Shown here piece by piece: positions 37,983 to 48,335 of a DNA stretch of 64,000 nt (position 1 is its first letter; every line of letters starts with the position of its first letter). The stretch is from the IMG/VR virus record IMGVR_UViG_3300014826_000002, positions 1 through 64,000 of that record; one strand, given 5' to 3'. The position numbers were made by a program, and so were the translations under genes. Origin of the DNA: a virus. Its lineage: Duplodnaviria > Caudoviricetes. Below the pieces are notes generated by a model. That model ran no database searches and was not told the DNA's origin. It saw nothing but the letters and a program-made list of their open reading frames with translations.

Positions 37983-38380
37983 ATAGACTTTTTCGACTTA
38001 TATTGATTAACTAAAAATTCATAAAATTCTTCTAAAGAATCAACTGGGTAGACTTTGTTATTTATTGTGATAGTTTTAGGCTCATTATCCGACATGCTAT
38101 TGTAAAACCATGCTTCTATATCGTTCTCAATTCTTTTATACTTGTTTCCATCCCACCAGTTAAAGTCTGCTTCTTCATCAAAAGAGTACCAGCACTCAAA
38201 TTCATCAGCAAGCATGTTCATTAAAACTGTTTCTAAGTCAGAACCAACTGTAAACAAGCACCAAGAATCTTCCGTTAATTCTTTTTCAAAGAAATCTGAA
38301 ATTCTATCTCTTTTAGCTTGGAATTCTATAAGAATTTTCATAATATAGCTAAACTTTTCAAAACTTATTAAATCTTTCAT
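37979..38380 (-). CDS. Hypothetical phage protein
   Basis: 133-aa ORF. Confidence 0.65.
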   Translation of the reverse strand: MKDLISFEKFSYIMKILIEFQAKRDRISDFFEKELTEDSWCLFTVGSDLETVLMNMLADEFECWYSFDEEADFNWWDGNKYKRIENDIEAWFYNSMSDNEPKTITINNKVYPVDSLEEFYEFLVNQYKSKKSI

Positions 38381-38971
38381 TTATCTCTCTTTCTTAGGTA
38401 CTATAATTACTCCGTCGTCGATTAATTTCTCTGTTTCTTCTTTAATTAACTCGAAGGGTATTGGTCTATAGTCATTTACCTCTACACAACAGTTTTTATA
38501 CCAAAGGTCTGGCTCTCTACTAAATCCTCCACGTATAAGAAATGTTTTCATAACTGTTTGAGCATGAATGTGCCCATGTAAATTGCGCACGAACCTTCCT
38601 TTGCTATCGGGATGTATTGGAAAATGAGAAAGCAAATAGTTTCCGTCAATATGACAAGTACCTCTAATGTCTCTGAAATACTTCATGTACCAACCTAGTT
38701 GATCTTTATCGTGATTACCTTTGATAAGTACCTTGTCTCCGTTTAATCTGGACATAACCTGGTCCCTATTTTTACAACGGTAAACTACATCACCTAAATG
38801 ATATATTTTATCCGTAGGTTTTACCATCTCATTCCAATTCTGTATCATAAGTTCATCCAATTCTTCAATAGAATCGAATGGACGCAAACGACTCCCGTCA
38901 TAGTTAATGAACTTGAGCATATTAACATGTCCAAAATGTGTATCTGAAATAAAGAAAATATTTTTAGACAT
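38381..38971 (-). CDS. Calcineurin-like phosphoesterase
   Basis: SDTHFGH, HLGDV, GNHD, SHFP, HGHIH. Confidence 0.9.
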   Translation of the reverse strand: MSKNIFFISDTHFGHVNMLKFINYDGSRLRPFDSIEELDELMIQNWNEMVKPTDKIYHLGDVVYRCKNRDQVMSRLNGDKVLIKGNHDKDQLGWYMKYFRDIRGTCHIDGNYLLSHFPIHPDSKGRFVRNLHGHIHAQTVMKTFLIRGGFSREPDLWYKNCCVEVNDYRPIPFELIKEETEKLIDDGVIIVPKKER

Positions 38972-38986
38972 TTAATTTATTCCTTT

Positions 38987-39526
38987 CTACTTTAATAACT
39001 GCAAAATCTTTGAGGCAGGCTCAAGACTCAAACTCTTCTGAGAAACTTGCTGGGGCTCTCCTATGTGCCTTTCCATAACCACAATATTGTTATTTTTTAC
39101 TTCCCAGTAGTCATTTGTGTACTCTATAATTTTATTTGTATCAAAGGATTTACAGGAGTATAAACAGACGGACATAAATGGGTCGTTCTTTTCAGGGAAA
39201 GTATGTACTGCCGCGTGGCTCTCACAAAGTATCGCAAATCCAGTAACTCCCGAACCTTCTTTTTCATTATAGTCTAAAATGTCTAATCTTTCCCTAATTA
39301 ACGGTGACATAGTTCCTTCTTCCCTTAGCTTTTCTAAAAACTTCTTATATTCATTATCATAAGGGAACTGGAAAGTCTGCGGACTAACTAGGCACGTCAT
39401 ATCAGCTAATTTAATTAAGTTAGTAATGTACTGACTTACTAATCCCTCACTTCTTAGAGCTTCTCTGTTATATGAGGTTATATCCATTACTAAATGCGTT
39501 CCTATATAATTACTGTTTTTATTCAT
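38987..39526 (-). CDS. speD: S-adenosylmethionine decarboxylase proenzyme
   Basis: GTHLVMD, GVTGFAILCESHAAVHTFPE, YSCKSFD. Confidence 0.88.
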   Translation of the reverse strand: MNKNSNYIGTHLVMDITSYNREALRSEGLVSQYITNLIKLADMTCLVSPQTFQFPYDNEYKKFLEKLREEGTMSPLIRERLDILDYNEKEGSGVTGFAILCESHAAVHTFPEKNDPFMSVCLYSCKSFDTNKIIEYTNDYWEVKNNNIVVMERHIGEPQQVSQKSLSLEPASKILQLLK

Positions 39527-39706
39527 TATCTTTCCCTTCTTTATAAATTGAAAAATCTATCCCCACACAAATGAAGACAAGTCGAAGCCAAACTATCGGA
39601 GTACATCTCCCTTTAAAAACAAAGTTACTGTCGAATGCTATATTTATGTAATCTAGAGGATTCCATGCACTCAGGCTTAATTCCATGTTTATATCTTTTA
39701 AAAGTC

Positions 39707-40297
39707 TTATGCTGCTTGTTCCTCCGTAGCTAAATAAAGTTCGTACTCTGCAATATCATAGTCGTCTACTATTTCTTGATCTTCGTACCCACGATTCTTT
39801 AAAAATTTAGCCAACTGAGCCGACTCGTGGGGATTGTCGTCTCTATAGTTCTCACTATGATAATCACAGAATATTAACTGAAAGTCTATGTTATTAGCTT
39901 TACAATAATTCTTAACAACTCTGTATTCGTTTGGATATCTCAAATCGTCTATACATACATTCTTTGAAGTACTCTGAATAAATTTAAGTACACTACGAGC
40001 CCAAAAGTCCTCATCATACTTTCTAACGCCTTGTGTGCCTAAAAGTTCTAAGAAAGTCCTTAAAGTCATATGGTGTTCATGCTCTCCTACTTTCACAGTA
40101 AGAAAATTATCACACTTTTTAAGTTCCTCATAATGAGCTTTGCCAACTTCAGGATGTACTCCAAGGCTTGAAAAAGCTACATCTCTTAGGGCATCTGCAA
40201 AGGAAGTTTTAATAAATCCCATGGTTTTCATAAGTCTTTGGCAGCTGTAGTTCTTACCGCTCTGCTCAAATCCACAAAAGGCTATTACTTTACGCAT
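39707..40297 (-). CDS. Deoxynucleoside monophosphate kinase (T4 gp1-like)
   Basis: CGFEQSGK, SFADALR, LLGTQGVR, DDLRYPNE. Confidence 0.85.
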   Translation of the reverse strand: MRKVIAFCGFEQSGKNYSCQRLMKTMGFIKTSFADALRDVAFSSLGVHPEVGKAHYEELKKCDNFLTVKVGEHEHHMTLRTFLELLGTQGVRKYDEDFWARSVLKFIQSTSKNVCIDDLRYPNEYRVVKNYCKANNIDFQLIFCDYHSENYRDDNPHESAQLAKFLKNRGYEDQEIVDDYDIAEYELYLATEEQAA

Positions 40298-40306
40298 CTC
40301 ATCTCC

Positions 40307-40801
40307 TTATACTATTTCTAAATTTTTTGTAAATACCTTAATGCTTCCTATTTTTAAGACACATCCTTGCGGCGTGAACTCCAAAGAAGCTTTCGGAAAT
40401 TTTTTCTCTAAAACATCAAGCAAGTCGTCTCTGTCTGTGTATAAATTATGCTGAACAAAATCTACGCATAATAATTCTTCTAGGCTGTAGTACACGGGAA
40501 TACCTAAATTCTTAGCCATTTCTATTTCAGCCAATGTTCCTTTGGAATTCTTCCAATTAGGACAAACTAAAACACAGTCACACACTTTTAAAAATTCCAT
40601 TGAATATTGATAATAATTATCTACAGGTACTTTTAAATCGGAGCCATTTTGAATTTTAAACATCACATCCAAATGCGGAACAAATGGAGCAAACCCATTC
40701 TTTAAGAGTTCTGCACCTATCTTAATACCATCATGTATATTATTAAGTACCTCTAAAATATTGTCGGCCGACATAGCCCCTGCAACATAAACTTTCTTCA
40801 T
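40307..40801 (-). CDS. DUF4406 / nucleoside 2-deoxyribosyltransferase-like protein (start MKKVYV)
   Basis: VYVAGAMS, PFVPH, CDCVLV..W..SKG...E..AK.LGIPV. Confidence 0.75.
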   Translation of the reverse strand: MKKVYVAGAMSADNILEVLNNIHDGIKIGAELLKNGFAPFVPHLDVMFKIQNGSDLKVPVDNYYQYSMEFLKVCDCVLVCPNWKNSKGTLAEIEMAKNLGIPVYYSLEELLCVDFVQHNLYTDRDDLLDVLEKKFPKASLEFTPQGCVLKIGSIKVFTKNLEIV

Positions 40802-40820
40802 CTCTCTCCTTTTCCTTTCT

Positions 40821-41093
40821 TTATTTATAACAACACAAAGAATCAAAATTGTCAATTGTTAAGAATTGTAAAACAGCATCAATAAAGCCTTTCCTACTTC
40901 CATCGTACTGTATTAATGCTGTTTTATGTTCTTCTAGTTTAGATATTTCAAAGTATCTAAATGAGGGTATATAAGGAATAAAATATATTTCAGTACCATA
41001 AAATATTATCGAACGTCCAATGTCCATGAACCTGTGCACCGACATTAAGGAACTGAAATTATTATTCATTGCTTGTTGACATGATATTATCAT
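40821..41093 (-). CDS. Hypothetical protein
   Basis: ORF in operon context. Confidence 0.5.
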   Translation of the reverse strand: MIISCQQAMNNNFSSLMSVHRFMDIGRSIIFYGTEIYFIPYIPSFRYFEISKLEEHKTALIQYDGSRKGFIDAVLQFLTIDNFDSLCCYK

Positions 41094-41105
41094 TTACCGC
41101 CTTTC

Positions 41106-41501
41106 CTACATATAGAAACTTTTTTCATTTTTATCAAGTGCCATTCTTTTTAAAAAATTACAAACATAAGCAGAAGCGTGCTGTATATTGTCTAAAACAG
41201 GGAGCCCGTAATAAAAACTTGATAAATGATCTCCCCCTACTTCATCCACAAACATTAAATTGGGGCCACCGTCTTCTATAGGTGCCCCTACTCGTACTTC
41301 AAATACGTGTCCTTCGAATCCAACGAAGTTACTAGTAGCAGAGCATATTCTTCCATGTGCAGTTAAGAGGAGCTGTCCTATAAGGAATTCTTCAATGGTT
41401 GACGATACTTGATATCCAACAAATCCAGTTGATTTTAAAGATTCATAATTTATCATAATATTTTTATTATACATTCTTATGAAGAGAATGTCAAATTTCA
41501 A
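41106..41501 (-). CDS. Hypothetical protein (true start probably MINYE, downstream of the promoter)
   Basis: ORF behind the divergent promoter. Confidence 0.55.
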   Translation of the reverse strand: MKFDILFIRMYNKNIMINYESLKSTGFVGYQVSSTIEEFLIGQLLLTAHGRICSATSNFVGFEGHVFEVRVGAPIEDGGPNLMFVDEVGGDHLSSFYYGLPVLDNIQHASAYVCNFLKRMALDKNEKSFYM

Positions 41502-41537
41502 AGAAACCTTGACATTGCATAAGAAAGGTGATAATAT
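41466..41537. promoter_or_regulatory. Back-to-back divergent sigma70 promoters
   Basis: Minus TTGACA-17-TATAAT (41466-41494); plus TTGACA-17-TAATAT (41509-41537). Confidence 0.8.
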
Positions 41538-41589
41538 TGAGCATGTAAAAGTTAGTGTAAAAACAGGTTAATGAAAGGAGCCGACAATT

Positions 41590-42744
41590 ATGAGAGAAAA
41601 ACCAGCAGAATGCCCCATTTGCGGATCGAAAATATCCAGAGTACTTCATGGGGTCACTAAAAAATGGTATTATAAGTGTAGTAATTCCAAATGTCACTTT
41701 AATGTGAGCGAGGACTATAAAGATGAAGAAGTAGCATTACAAGGTGCCAAACTATCAGCCAAATGCATACAGTGTGGAGAACACTTAGAAGTAGCCTGTG
41801 GTCCTCACGGTTTGTATCCACGCTGCTTCAAGTGTGACTGCGATTCTAAACCCACATTGGTAGGTAACGTTGTCGTATCAAGATGGGCTAACTCGCACTC
41901 ATGGAATGCTAAAGAGGAAATTAAAAAGTTAAGAAAGACCTTTGAAGAAAATAATAGCCTTAATCATAGTTTTGATGATTACATTGCAGAAATTTCTACA
42001 AAAGAAAAGCCAGCAACTCCAAGTGCTCATAAAAGAAAAAAAGAAAACATTAGTGAGAAAAAAGCTAGTAAAACTAAGGATAATGACACAATTGTTAATA
42101 TTATCTTAAATGGCTTGAGGAGTAACTTAAGTACACCGTTTGATACAGTAACTATCAGTAAAGCTTTTGGACTTAATGCAGCTTCCGTAAGAATCTACTT
42201 AAAATCACTAAGAGAATCTGGTTCTCTTAAAGTTGTAGACTGGAAGTTAGAAACTTTGGGAAATTCTACTATATATTACCAAGTACCTGAAAGTCCTTTA
42301 AAAGAACTTAAAACCTACGAATCTGGAACAAAAGGTGGAAAATACTTGAGTCTAAACGAATTTATAGAGAAGCATGAAGACGTAATCAAACCTTCAAAGA
42401 GAGCTTCTTTTAAGCAGCTTGTTAAAAATTCTGAAATTTCATATGTTCCACTATTTATTCGCTCTGGGTTAACTAAAGGTTATAGCACCTCTGACTTAGA
42501 AAAATCAGCAGGTATTAGGAAAGTATCCAAACCTACAAAAACTCAGAAAAGTAAGAAAGTAGGTACAATTAGAAAAGTTACAAAAGTTAATATTTCAGAA
42601 AGAAAGGTTAAAAAGAGTACATCTGAAAAAGTTGTGACCTCTACTCCTGAAACTCTTAAAAAGACTAAACCCAATAAATCAATATTAAGTTTTGTAACAT
42701 CATTATTTTCAAGAAGAAACAAAAAAGAGTTGACTAAAGTCTAA
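41590..42744 (+). CDS. Zn-ribbon (TopA C-terminal-like) plus winged-helix protein with Lys-rich tail
   Basis: CPICG...YKCSNSKC, CIQCG...RCFKC; ISKAFGLNAASVRIYLKSL. Confidence 0.7.
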   Translation: MREKPAECPICGSKISRVLHGVTKKWYYKCSNSKCHFNVSEDYKDEEVALQGAKLSAKCIQCGEHLEVACGPHGLYPRCFKCDCDSKPTLVGNVVVSRWANSHSWNAKEEIKKLRKTFEENNSLNHSFDDYIAEISTKEKPATPSAHKRKKENISEKKASKTKDNDTIVNIILNGLRSNLSTPFDTVTISKAFGLNAASVRIYLKSLRESGSLKVVDWKLETLGNSTIYYQVPESPLKELKTYESGTKGGKYLSLNEFIEKHEDVIKPSKRASFKQLVKNSEISYVPLFIRSGLTKGYSTSDLEKSAGIRKVSKPTKTQKSKKVGTIRKVTKVNISERKVKKSTSEKVVTSTPETLKKTKPNKSILSFVTSLFSRRNKKELTKV

Positions 42745-42768
42745 TTATTGTTGACTCCTTAGTAAATA

Positions 42769-42795
42769 TTCAGCGCGCCTTAGTGTGCGCTGAAT
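42769..42795. terminator. GC-rich hairpin
   Basis: ATTCAGCGCGC-CTTAGT-GTGCGCTGAAT. Confidence 0.55.
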
Positions 42796-43241
42796 TCCTA
42801 GCACACGAAGTAATAAAGAAATGGAGAGAGTATATGTACAAAACAGCACCGTGGACAGTCACAGAAAATGTGATTCTTAAAAAAGCAAAGACAAGCTCAA
42901 CAATATTAACTAATAATAAGGATAAAATAAACGAAACCCCTAGAAGGAAAGATAAAGAAATTCCGAGAAACTTTAAAATAGAATACGGACGATACTGTAA
43001 CAAAGAGATGAGCCTGCAAGAATTGTGTAGGCTATTTAATGTATCCTTTTATAAAATAGGATGCTGGAGAGACGCTCTAGGGCTTCCTATGAAGAACTCA
43101 TATAAACAGGCAGCCGTGAAAAAACAAAATATACTAAAAAGCAAGCGTAAAATTATTCGTTCTAGCAAAAAGAGAACTTTATTGTTCAATATATTTGGCT
43201 ATAAAATTACCATTAGTATAGTTAAAAATCATAAACAATAA
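42783..43241 (+). CDS. Basic HTH-containing protein
   Basis: MSLQELCRLFNVSFYKIGCWRDALGL. Confidence 0.55.
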   Translation: MCAEFLAHEVIKKWREYMYKTAPWTVTENVILKKAKTSSTILTNNKDKINETPRRKDKEIPRNFKIEYGRYCNKEMSLQELCRLFNVSFYKIGCWRDALGLPMKNSYKQAAVKKQNILKSKRKIIRSSKKRTLLFNIFGYKITISIVKNHKQ

Positions 43242-43320
43242 TTCCATTACTCCTTAATAGAATGTGCTCTACGGCGTAAGGAGTGGAGCACAGTACGATA
43301 GGAGAACAAAAATGAATTAA

Positions 43321-45003
43321 TTACCTTAAAGTGTAGTTGTATCCTCCTTTACCATCAGGCATAAAGTTTATAAGCTGCTTGGTTCCATTTTTATAGACTA
43401 GGCAACAAGTTCTTGTCCAGCTTGATAAGCCCTTATTATAGCCCTGATTCATTAACCCTACAGTACCTACACAAAAAGCATTTCTAATAATGGCTGCTGA
43501 GTGCGTATGAGCGGTCACACAGTTACCCAACCCCTTCTCAAATACGCGCAAGCTTCCTTTAGACCCGTTAGATCCTCTATCTCCATGTAATCCCAGTTCA
43601 ACTCCGTAAACTTGACAACTACTATCCTCCTCAAGCCAGTGAACCCTGTCGCTCTTATAGTCTAGCACGTTTTCGATAGCATACTGGAGTGGGTCACGTC
43701 CGTCGATAGCAGCCCCTGCCAACTTTACCCCCATGCGGTAATTTACAGGGTCATCAATGTATCGCCCCTCCTCTAGGTAGCGCATTAAATGACAGTCATG
43801 ATTAGACTTAACAATGTATACGTCCATATCATGAAGTTCAATATTATTAATATAATTACGAACAGCATAGCATTCCATTTCCAGTCCTAACCTATGTTCT
43901 TGAGCCTTGATTGCTCGCGTAATTCCTTTTCCAAGGTCATGGTGTGTTATTGATGTTCCATTGAATACATCGTGTAAAAATACCGTATCAACACCGGTAC
44001 TCAAGGCGGCTCCCATAGTAGCCATATGGAGTTCTTTATCATGATACCCTGTATGTGAATCTCCCATAACCATAACAGTATTGTTCATAGGACGAACAGA
44101 CCCATCCGATAAATAATCAATTCCTAAGTCTGTTATTGAATTATCTTTAGAAGCTTGAACATGCCTAAAATGAAATATCTTATCACTTTCCACCTCTACT
44201 ATGATAGCTCCGTACGCATGGTCATTTTCAGCTAAAGTAGAAGTTCTCTTTGACATGTACTTATCTGTATCATAATTATTAACTGTAACAGCTCCCGTAG
44301 TCATTAAAGCTGGAGGAATGTCATAATGCATGTTAGGTACATACCTTAAGAATACCTTAGGGGAAGCAACTATAATAGAAGACTGCCTTTGGACAGTTAA
44401 CCTGTCTAACCCTGTTAAAGGGTTTATTTGCTTAGCTGATACCTTTATTGCACATAGGCATAAATTCTTGTTAATGTATGTATCTTTAAAAACTACACGA
44501 AAATCGGATAACTCAGGGCTTATGTCTATAGTCTTAGCTTTCTTACCTCTGCTCACAACGTCTTCACAAGGTAAAATTAACAAGAGGGCGTTGTTCCTCT
44601 TAGCATAGTTTCTTAGAGCGTCTGCAAAAGGCTTGTTTACTTCTTTACCCATAACAGCCGTAGTTACTACAAATCTTTTATACTTTTTAATTTCATTTTC
44701 AAGAGCATCTCTGTACTCTTGTGTATATATTTCTTCATCCTCTTTAATATGTTCTAAAAACTTTTCAGCTTCTTTTAGGTTTAGCTTATACCTTTTAGAC
44801 CTAAAAAACTTTTTAGATGGTTTCAATAAATTATTACTTGCTAGTTCCTCAAGGATAGGTTTAATAGTCTCAACAGCCTTGTGTCCCACAGCTTTTTTAT
44901 GGCACAACAAACTAGCGTTAAAATAATCATTAAAGCCACAGTCATAATGACTACACATATACTGAAGCATCTTTATAGCTTCCGTAGATAATTCTTTCTT
45001 CAT
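43321..45003 (-). CDS. Large phage metallophosphoesterase-like protein
   Basis: GDSH, LHDVF, SNHD, LHGD, AHTH in the C-terminal half. Confidence 0.7.
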   Translation of the reverse strand: MKKELSTEAIKMLQYMCSHYDCGFNDYFNASLLCHKKAVGHKAVETIKPILEELASNNLLKPSKKFFRSKRYKLNLKEAEKFLEHIKEDEEIYTQEYRDALENEIKKYKRFVVTTAVMGKEVNKPFADALRNYAKRNNALLLILPCEDVVSRGKKAKTIDISPELSDFRVVFKDTYINKNLCLCAIKVSAKQINPLTGLDRLTVQRQSSIIVASPKVFLRYVPNMHYDIPPALMTTGAVTVNNYDTDKYMSKRTSTLAENDHAYGAIIVEVESDKIFHFRHVQASKDNSITDLGIDYLSDGSVRPMNNTVMVMGDSHTGYHDKELHMATMGAALSTGVDTVFLHDVFNGTSITHHDLGKGITRAIKAQEHRLGLEMECYAVRNYINNIELHDMDVYIVKSNHDCHLMRYLEEGRYIDDPVNYRMGVKLAGAAIDGRDPLQYAIENVLDYKSDRVHWLEEDSSCQVYGVELGLHGDRGSNGSKGSLRVFEKGLGNCVTAHTHSAAIIRNAFCVGTVGLMNQGYNKGLSSWTRTCCLVYKNGTKQLINFMPDGKGGYNYTLR

Positions 45004-45037
45004 TTAACTCTCTTTCTCTCTTCAACATTCTTCTTTT

Positions 45038-45066
45038 ATTATATATTACTTTTTGTAAACTGTCAA
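45038..45066 (-). promoter_or_regulatory. sigma70 consensus promoter
   Basis: TTGACA-17-TATAAT. Confidence 0.8.
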
Positions 45067-45070
45067 ATTT

Positions 45071-45436
45071 CTACTTTTCAAATTTTGCTTTGAGCCTTAA
45101 GTATTCTTCGTATTCAGGGTCTTTTTCATCTTCTTTTCTTTTCTGACAGACAGGACAATATTCTTCCTTAAGAACTAAGCCGTAATCGTCATTTACTGAA
45201 AAGTACTTCCTAAAAAGTTTAGTATAATCTTCTTTACATTCCTTAGCCTTAACTATTTTATTGTTGACATCGGTGTTGATGAAATACCAAACATCCTCCC
45301 AGCAATTACAGAGTTCCCCTATCTCGTTAGGCATAGCGCAAGAACACATCTCTGATTCACACTTCTCACAATGAATCTCGTCATACTCCGAAGCGGCCTC
45401 ACCGCAATTTTTACAACTAAAATAATCTACTCCCAT
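45071..45436 (-). CDS. Cys-rich hypothetical phage protein
   Basis: MGVDYFSCKNC...CEKC...CPVC. Confidence 0.65.
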   Translation of the reverse strand: MGVDYFSCKNCGEAASEYDEIHCEKCESEMCSCAMPNEIGELCNCWEDVWYFINTDVNNKIVKAKECKEDYTKLFRKYFSVNDDYGLVLKEEYCPVCQKRKEDEKDPEYEEYLRLKAKFEK

Positions 45437-45450
45437 TATTTCTTCCTTCC

Positions 45451-46785
45451 TTATTTATAAATTGGATATCTTTTACATAGATTTTGTAATATTATCTTTC
45501 TTCCATTACATGTATCTTCGTCATCCCTATGTAAAATAACGTCAGCGATACTATTACCTATTAATACCATATCTTCTTCTTTCATACCTCTTGTAGTTAC
45601 AGCAGGAACACCTATTCTTAATCCTAATGTTACAAAAGGACTTTGTGGATCATTTGGTACTGTATTTTTATTTACTGTAATACCATATTTATCGAGTAGA
45701 TTAGCAGCATCTTTTCCTGTAATACCTTTATCCCTTAAATCAACAGTCATTAAATGATTTTCTGTCATTCCACCTACAATTTTAAATCCTCTATCCATAA
45801 GTGTTTGACATAATGCTTTTGCATTTTTTACAATCTGTTTAGCATATTCTTTAAATTCAGGTTGCAGAGCTTCATAGAAACATACTGCTTTACCTGCTAT
45901 AACGTGTTCTAACGGTCCACCTTGTATTCCTGGAAATACAGCCGAATCTATTTTCTTTGCTAATTCTTGACGACATGCTATAACACCGCCACGAGGTCCT
46001 CTTAATGATTTATGTGTAGTTGTTGTAACAATATCAGCATATCCAAATGGTGATGGATGTACACCACCTGCTACAAGTCCTGCAATATGTGCTATATCTG
46101 CTAAAAGATAACATTCTTCACCTAATTCTATTAGTCTATCTCTTATTTCAGCAAATTTCTTAAAGTCAATTATTTTAGAATAATTACTTGCACCACAAAT
46201 AATAAGTTTCGGTCTGTGTTTTTGTGCTAAATCCCAAACTTCATTAAAATCTATCTCGCCATAATGTGGAAGTCTGCTATCTTCTCTCACACCATACTGA
46301 ATGACATTAAAATGCTTACCTGAATAATTAACTGGAGAACCATGGGATAAATGTCCACCATTAGATAAGTCCATACTTAAAACAGTATCTCCATGTTTAA
46401 GTAAGGCTTCAAATACAGCCATATTAGCTTGAGCTCCTGAATGAGGTTGTACATTTACATGGTAATCAGTATTGAATAGTTCTTGGAATCTACAACAAGC
46501 TAAAAATTCTATTTTGTCTATAACATGAGCGCCATTGTAATACCTTTTACCTAATGAACCTTCTGGCATTATATTGATAAGGTCTGATTTCTTATAATAG
46601 ACTAAACCTTTCGGAATTTCGTCATCTCTTATTGGTCTACCTTCCATATATTTATTTGTGAGAACAGAACCTACTGCTTCCATAACATCTGTACTTACAA
46701 TATTCTCACTTGCTATAAGTTCTATTGTATTTTGTTGTCTTTCTAATTCTTGTTGTATTAATTCCTCTATTTGTTTATCTTTCAT
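45451..46785 (-). CDS. glyA: Serine hydroxymethyltransferase
   Basis: [46 protein letters not shown]; insertion of about 25 aa after KYMEG. Confidence 0.97.
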   Translation of the reverse strand: MKDKQIEELIQQELERQQNTIELIASENIVSTDVMEAVGSVLTNKYMEGRPIRDDEIPKGLVYYKKSDLINIMPEGSLGKRYYNGAHVIDKIEFLACCRFQELFNTDYHVNVQPHSGAQANMAVFEALLKHGDTVLSMDLSNGGHLSHGSPVNYSGKHFNVIQYGVREDSRLPHYGEIDFNEVWDLAQKHRPKLIICGASNYSKIIDFKKFAEIRDRLIELGEECYLLADIAHIAGLVAGGVHPSPFGYADIVTTTTHKSLRGPRGGVIACRQELAKKIDSAVFPGIQGGPLEHVIAGKAVCFYEALQPEFKEYAKQIVKNAKALCQTLMDRGFKIVGGMTENHLMTVDLRDKGITGKDAANLLDKYGITVNKNTVPNDPQSPFVTLGLRIGVPAVTTRGMKEEDMVLIGNSIADVILHRDDEDTCNGRKIILQNLCKRYPIYK

Positions 46786-46975
46786 TTTCTGAGTCCTTCC
46801 TAATGTATTCTCCTATACACGCGTACTTTTGATAAAATTTAGCAAAGTTATTCCAAGAGAGTTTACCTAAAGGTGTGCGTATAATTCTATCTTTCTCCAG
46901 TATCTGGGGAATGCCTGCGCGTCTGTACTTATCGTTCATCCTTTTTCTCCTTGCTATTTGCAGCATCCCAAACAC
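46775..46975 (-). CDS. Hypothetical protein (probable start MNDKY)
   Basis: Fills the gap between coupled genes. Confidence 0.45.
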   Translation of the reverse strand: MFGMLQIARRKRMNDKYRRAGIPQILEKDRIIRTPLGKLSWNNFAKFYQKYACIGEYIRKDSENER

Positions 46976-47252
46976 CCATCCGCTTCATTTGAGTTTCTGC
47001 ATATTTATCAAACAAAGGAAATATTAAATTGATAAGTTCGGAATCTATAAAAGCTTCTTTACCAGTACCTAGGTCACGTATAAAAGCTCTATCATAAAAA
47101 GCACATATACCATCATGTACTTGAAGTATATCCTGTTTAACAATTTGAAAATTCTTTAAATCTCTTAGATTTAATCTATCCATTTTAATAATATCTCCTC
47201 TTCCCTTAGCTAACAGCCTCCGCAAAAGCAATAGCCATTCTTTTAGCTCCAT
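46929..47252 (-). CDS. Hypothetical protein (probable start MDRLN)
   Basis: Operon context. Confidence 0.5.
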   Translation of the reverse strand: MELKEWLLLLRRLLAKGRGDIIKMDRLNLRDLKNFQIVKQDILQVHDGICAFYDRAFIRDLGTGKEAFIDSELINLIFPLFDKYAETQMKRMGVWDAANSKEKKDER

Positions 47253-47808
47253 TTAAGTCTCTGGCTTCATAGCCAATAGGAAGTGAGTAGTCTTCTTCGG
47301 GATGCTGAATTCTGTATGATTCTATTAAACCAGACGTTGCTGTAATGTCTCCATCTGCTACTTTATCCCCGATAGTAAAACCATGAATAGCTCTATGACT
47401 CCAACCATACCATTTATTCTCTTCAACAGAATAACCTATGGAACAAGTATCATTCATAGGAAGGGCTTTCTGAATTAAAATTAGTTTCTTGGTATTAACT
47501 AGGAAATCGTAATCTTTGTCGTTACCTATGTAACCTCCGTCAACATTGGATATGTAATAAACGAATTCAATGCACTCTTTTTCCATTTCTTCTTGTGTCC
47601 AGTGTCTGTGTGCATAAGGACTTTTTGGCAACATTGATGTTATCTTAGTTATTAGTCCATTAGAAACAATATCTTCCCCGATGACTAAGCATCCACCTTT
47701 GTCTACATAGAGTACTGAATCAGGTAACTTTTGTGCTTCAAAACTTTCGTGACCGTCGTCATCTTTTACTTCTACTAAACAAGTTCTTTCTTTTAATTCT
47801 TTATTCAT
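47206..47808 (-). CDS. Hypothetical phage protein
   Basis: 200-aa ORF, KWYGWSHRAIHGF motif. Confidence 0.65.
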   Translation of the reverse strand: MNKELKERTCLVEVKDDDGHESFEAQKLPDSVLYVDKGGCLVIGEDIVSNGLITKITSMLPKSPYAHRHWTQEEMEKECIEFVYYISNVDGGYIGNDKDYDFLVNTKKLILIQKALPMNDTCSIGYSVEENKWYGWSHRAIHGFTIGDKVADGDITATSGLIESYRIQHPEEDYSLPIGYEARDLNGAKRMAIAFAEAVS

Positions 47809-47811
47809 TGA

Positions 47812-48318
47812 TTATTCTCCTATAATTTCCAATATTCTACTTAAAGCTTCGTTAGCGGGAAGTATCGTAAAAGGAACATGCAACCTATCTAAAGTAACTA
47901 ATATTAAATCCCCTACACGAGCAGCTTGCTCTTCTGTTTGGTGCCTTCCGCTAGCTTGATACTTGTGCGTTCTCTCTAAGAAAAAATTAAGGTTATCATA
48001 CTGATTGAAGTAGTCTAGTGCCATCCTATCGAATATCCTAGGTTCTTTCTCGTTGTAAGCTACACATTGAACGGATGGGCTATCCGTTACAATGTAATCA
48101 ACCTTTCCATTTAATTGATTAAGCTTCTTATTCTGCTGAGCGTAAGTAAATAATTGGTCATGAAAAGGGTAAGGGCTACCTTCATACAATTTCTCTTTTA
48201 TATATTCATGAGCCAGCTCGCACGTGCGTCCTTTCATCTTTAAATGATACATTAATCCAAAAGCTAGAGTACTCTTACCTGAACCCGGAGCTCCAAATAA
48301 ATTAATAACTTTAGTCAA
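47812..48318 (-). CDS. P-loop kinase (NadR/AAA_28-like)
   Basis: GAPGSGKS, IVTDSP. Confidence 0.8.
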   Translation of the reverse strand: MTKVINLFGAPGSGKSTLAFGLMYHLKMKGRTCELAHEYIKEKLYEGSPYPFHDQLFTYAQQNKKLNQLNGKVDYIVTDSPSVQCVAYNEKEPRIFDRMALDYFNQYDNLNFFLERTHKYQASGRHQTEEQAARVGDLILVTLDRLHVPFTILPANEALSRILEIIGE

Positions 48319-48335
48319 CCTTTAAATCTCCTTAT

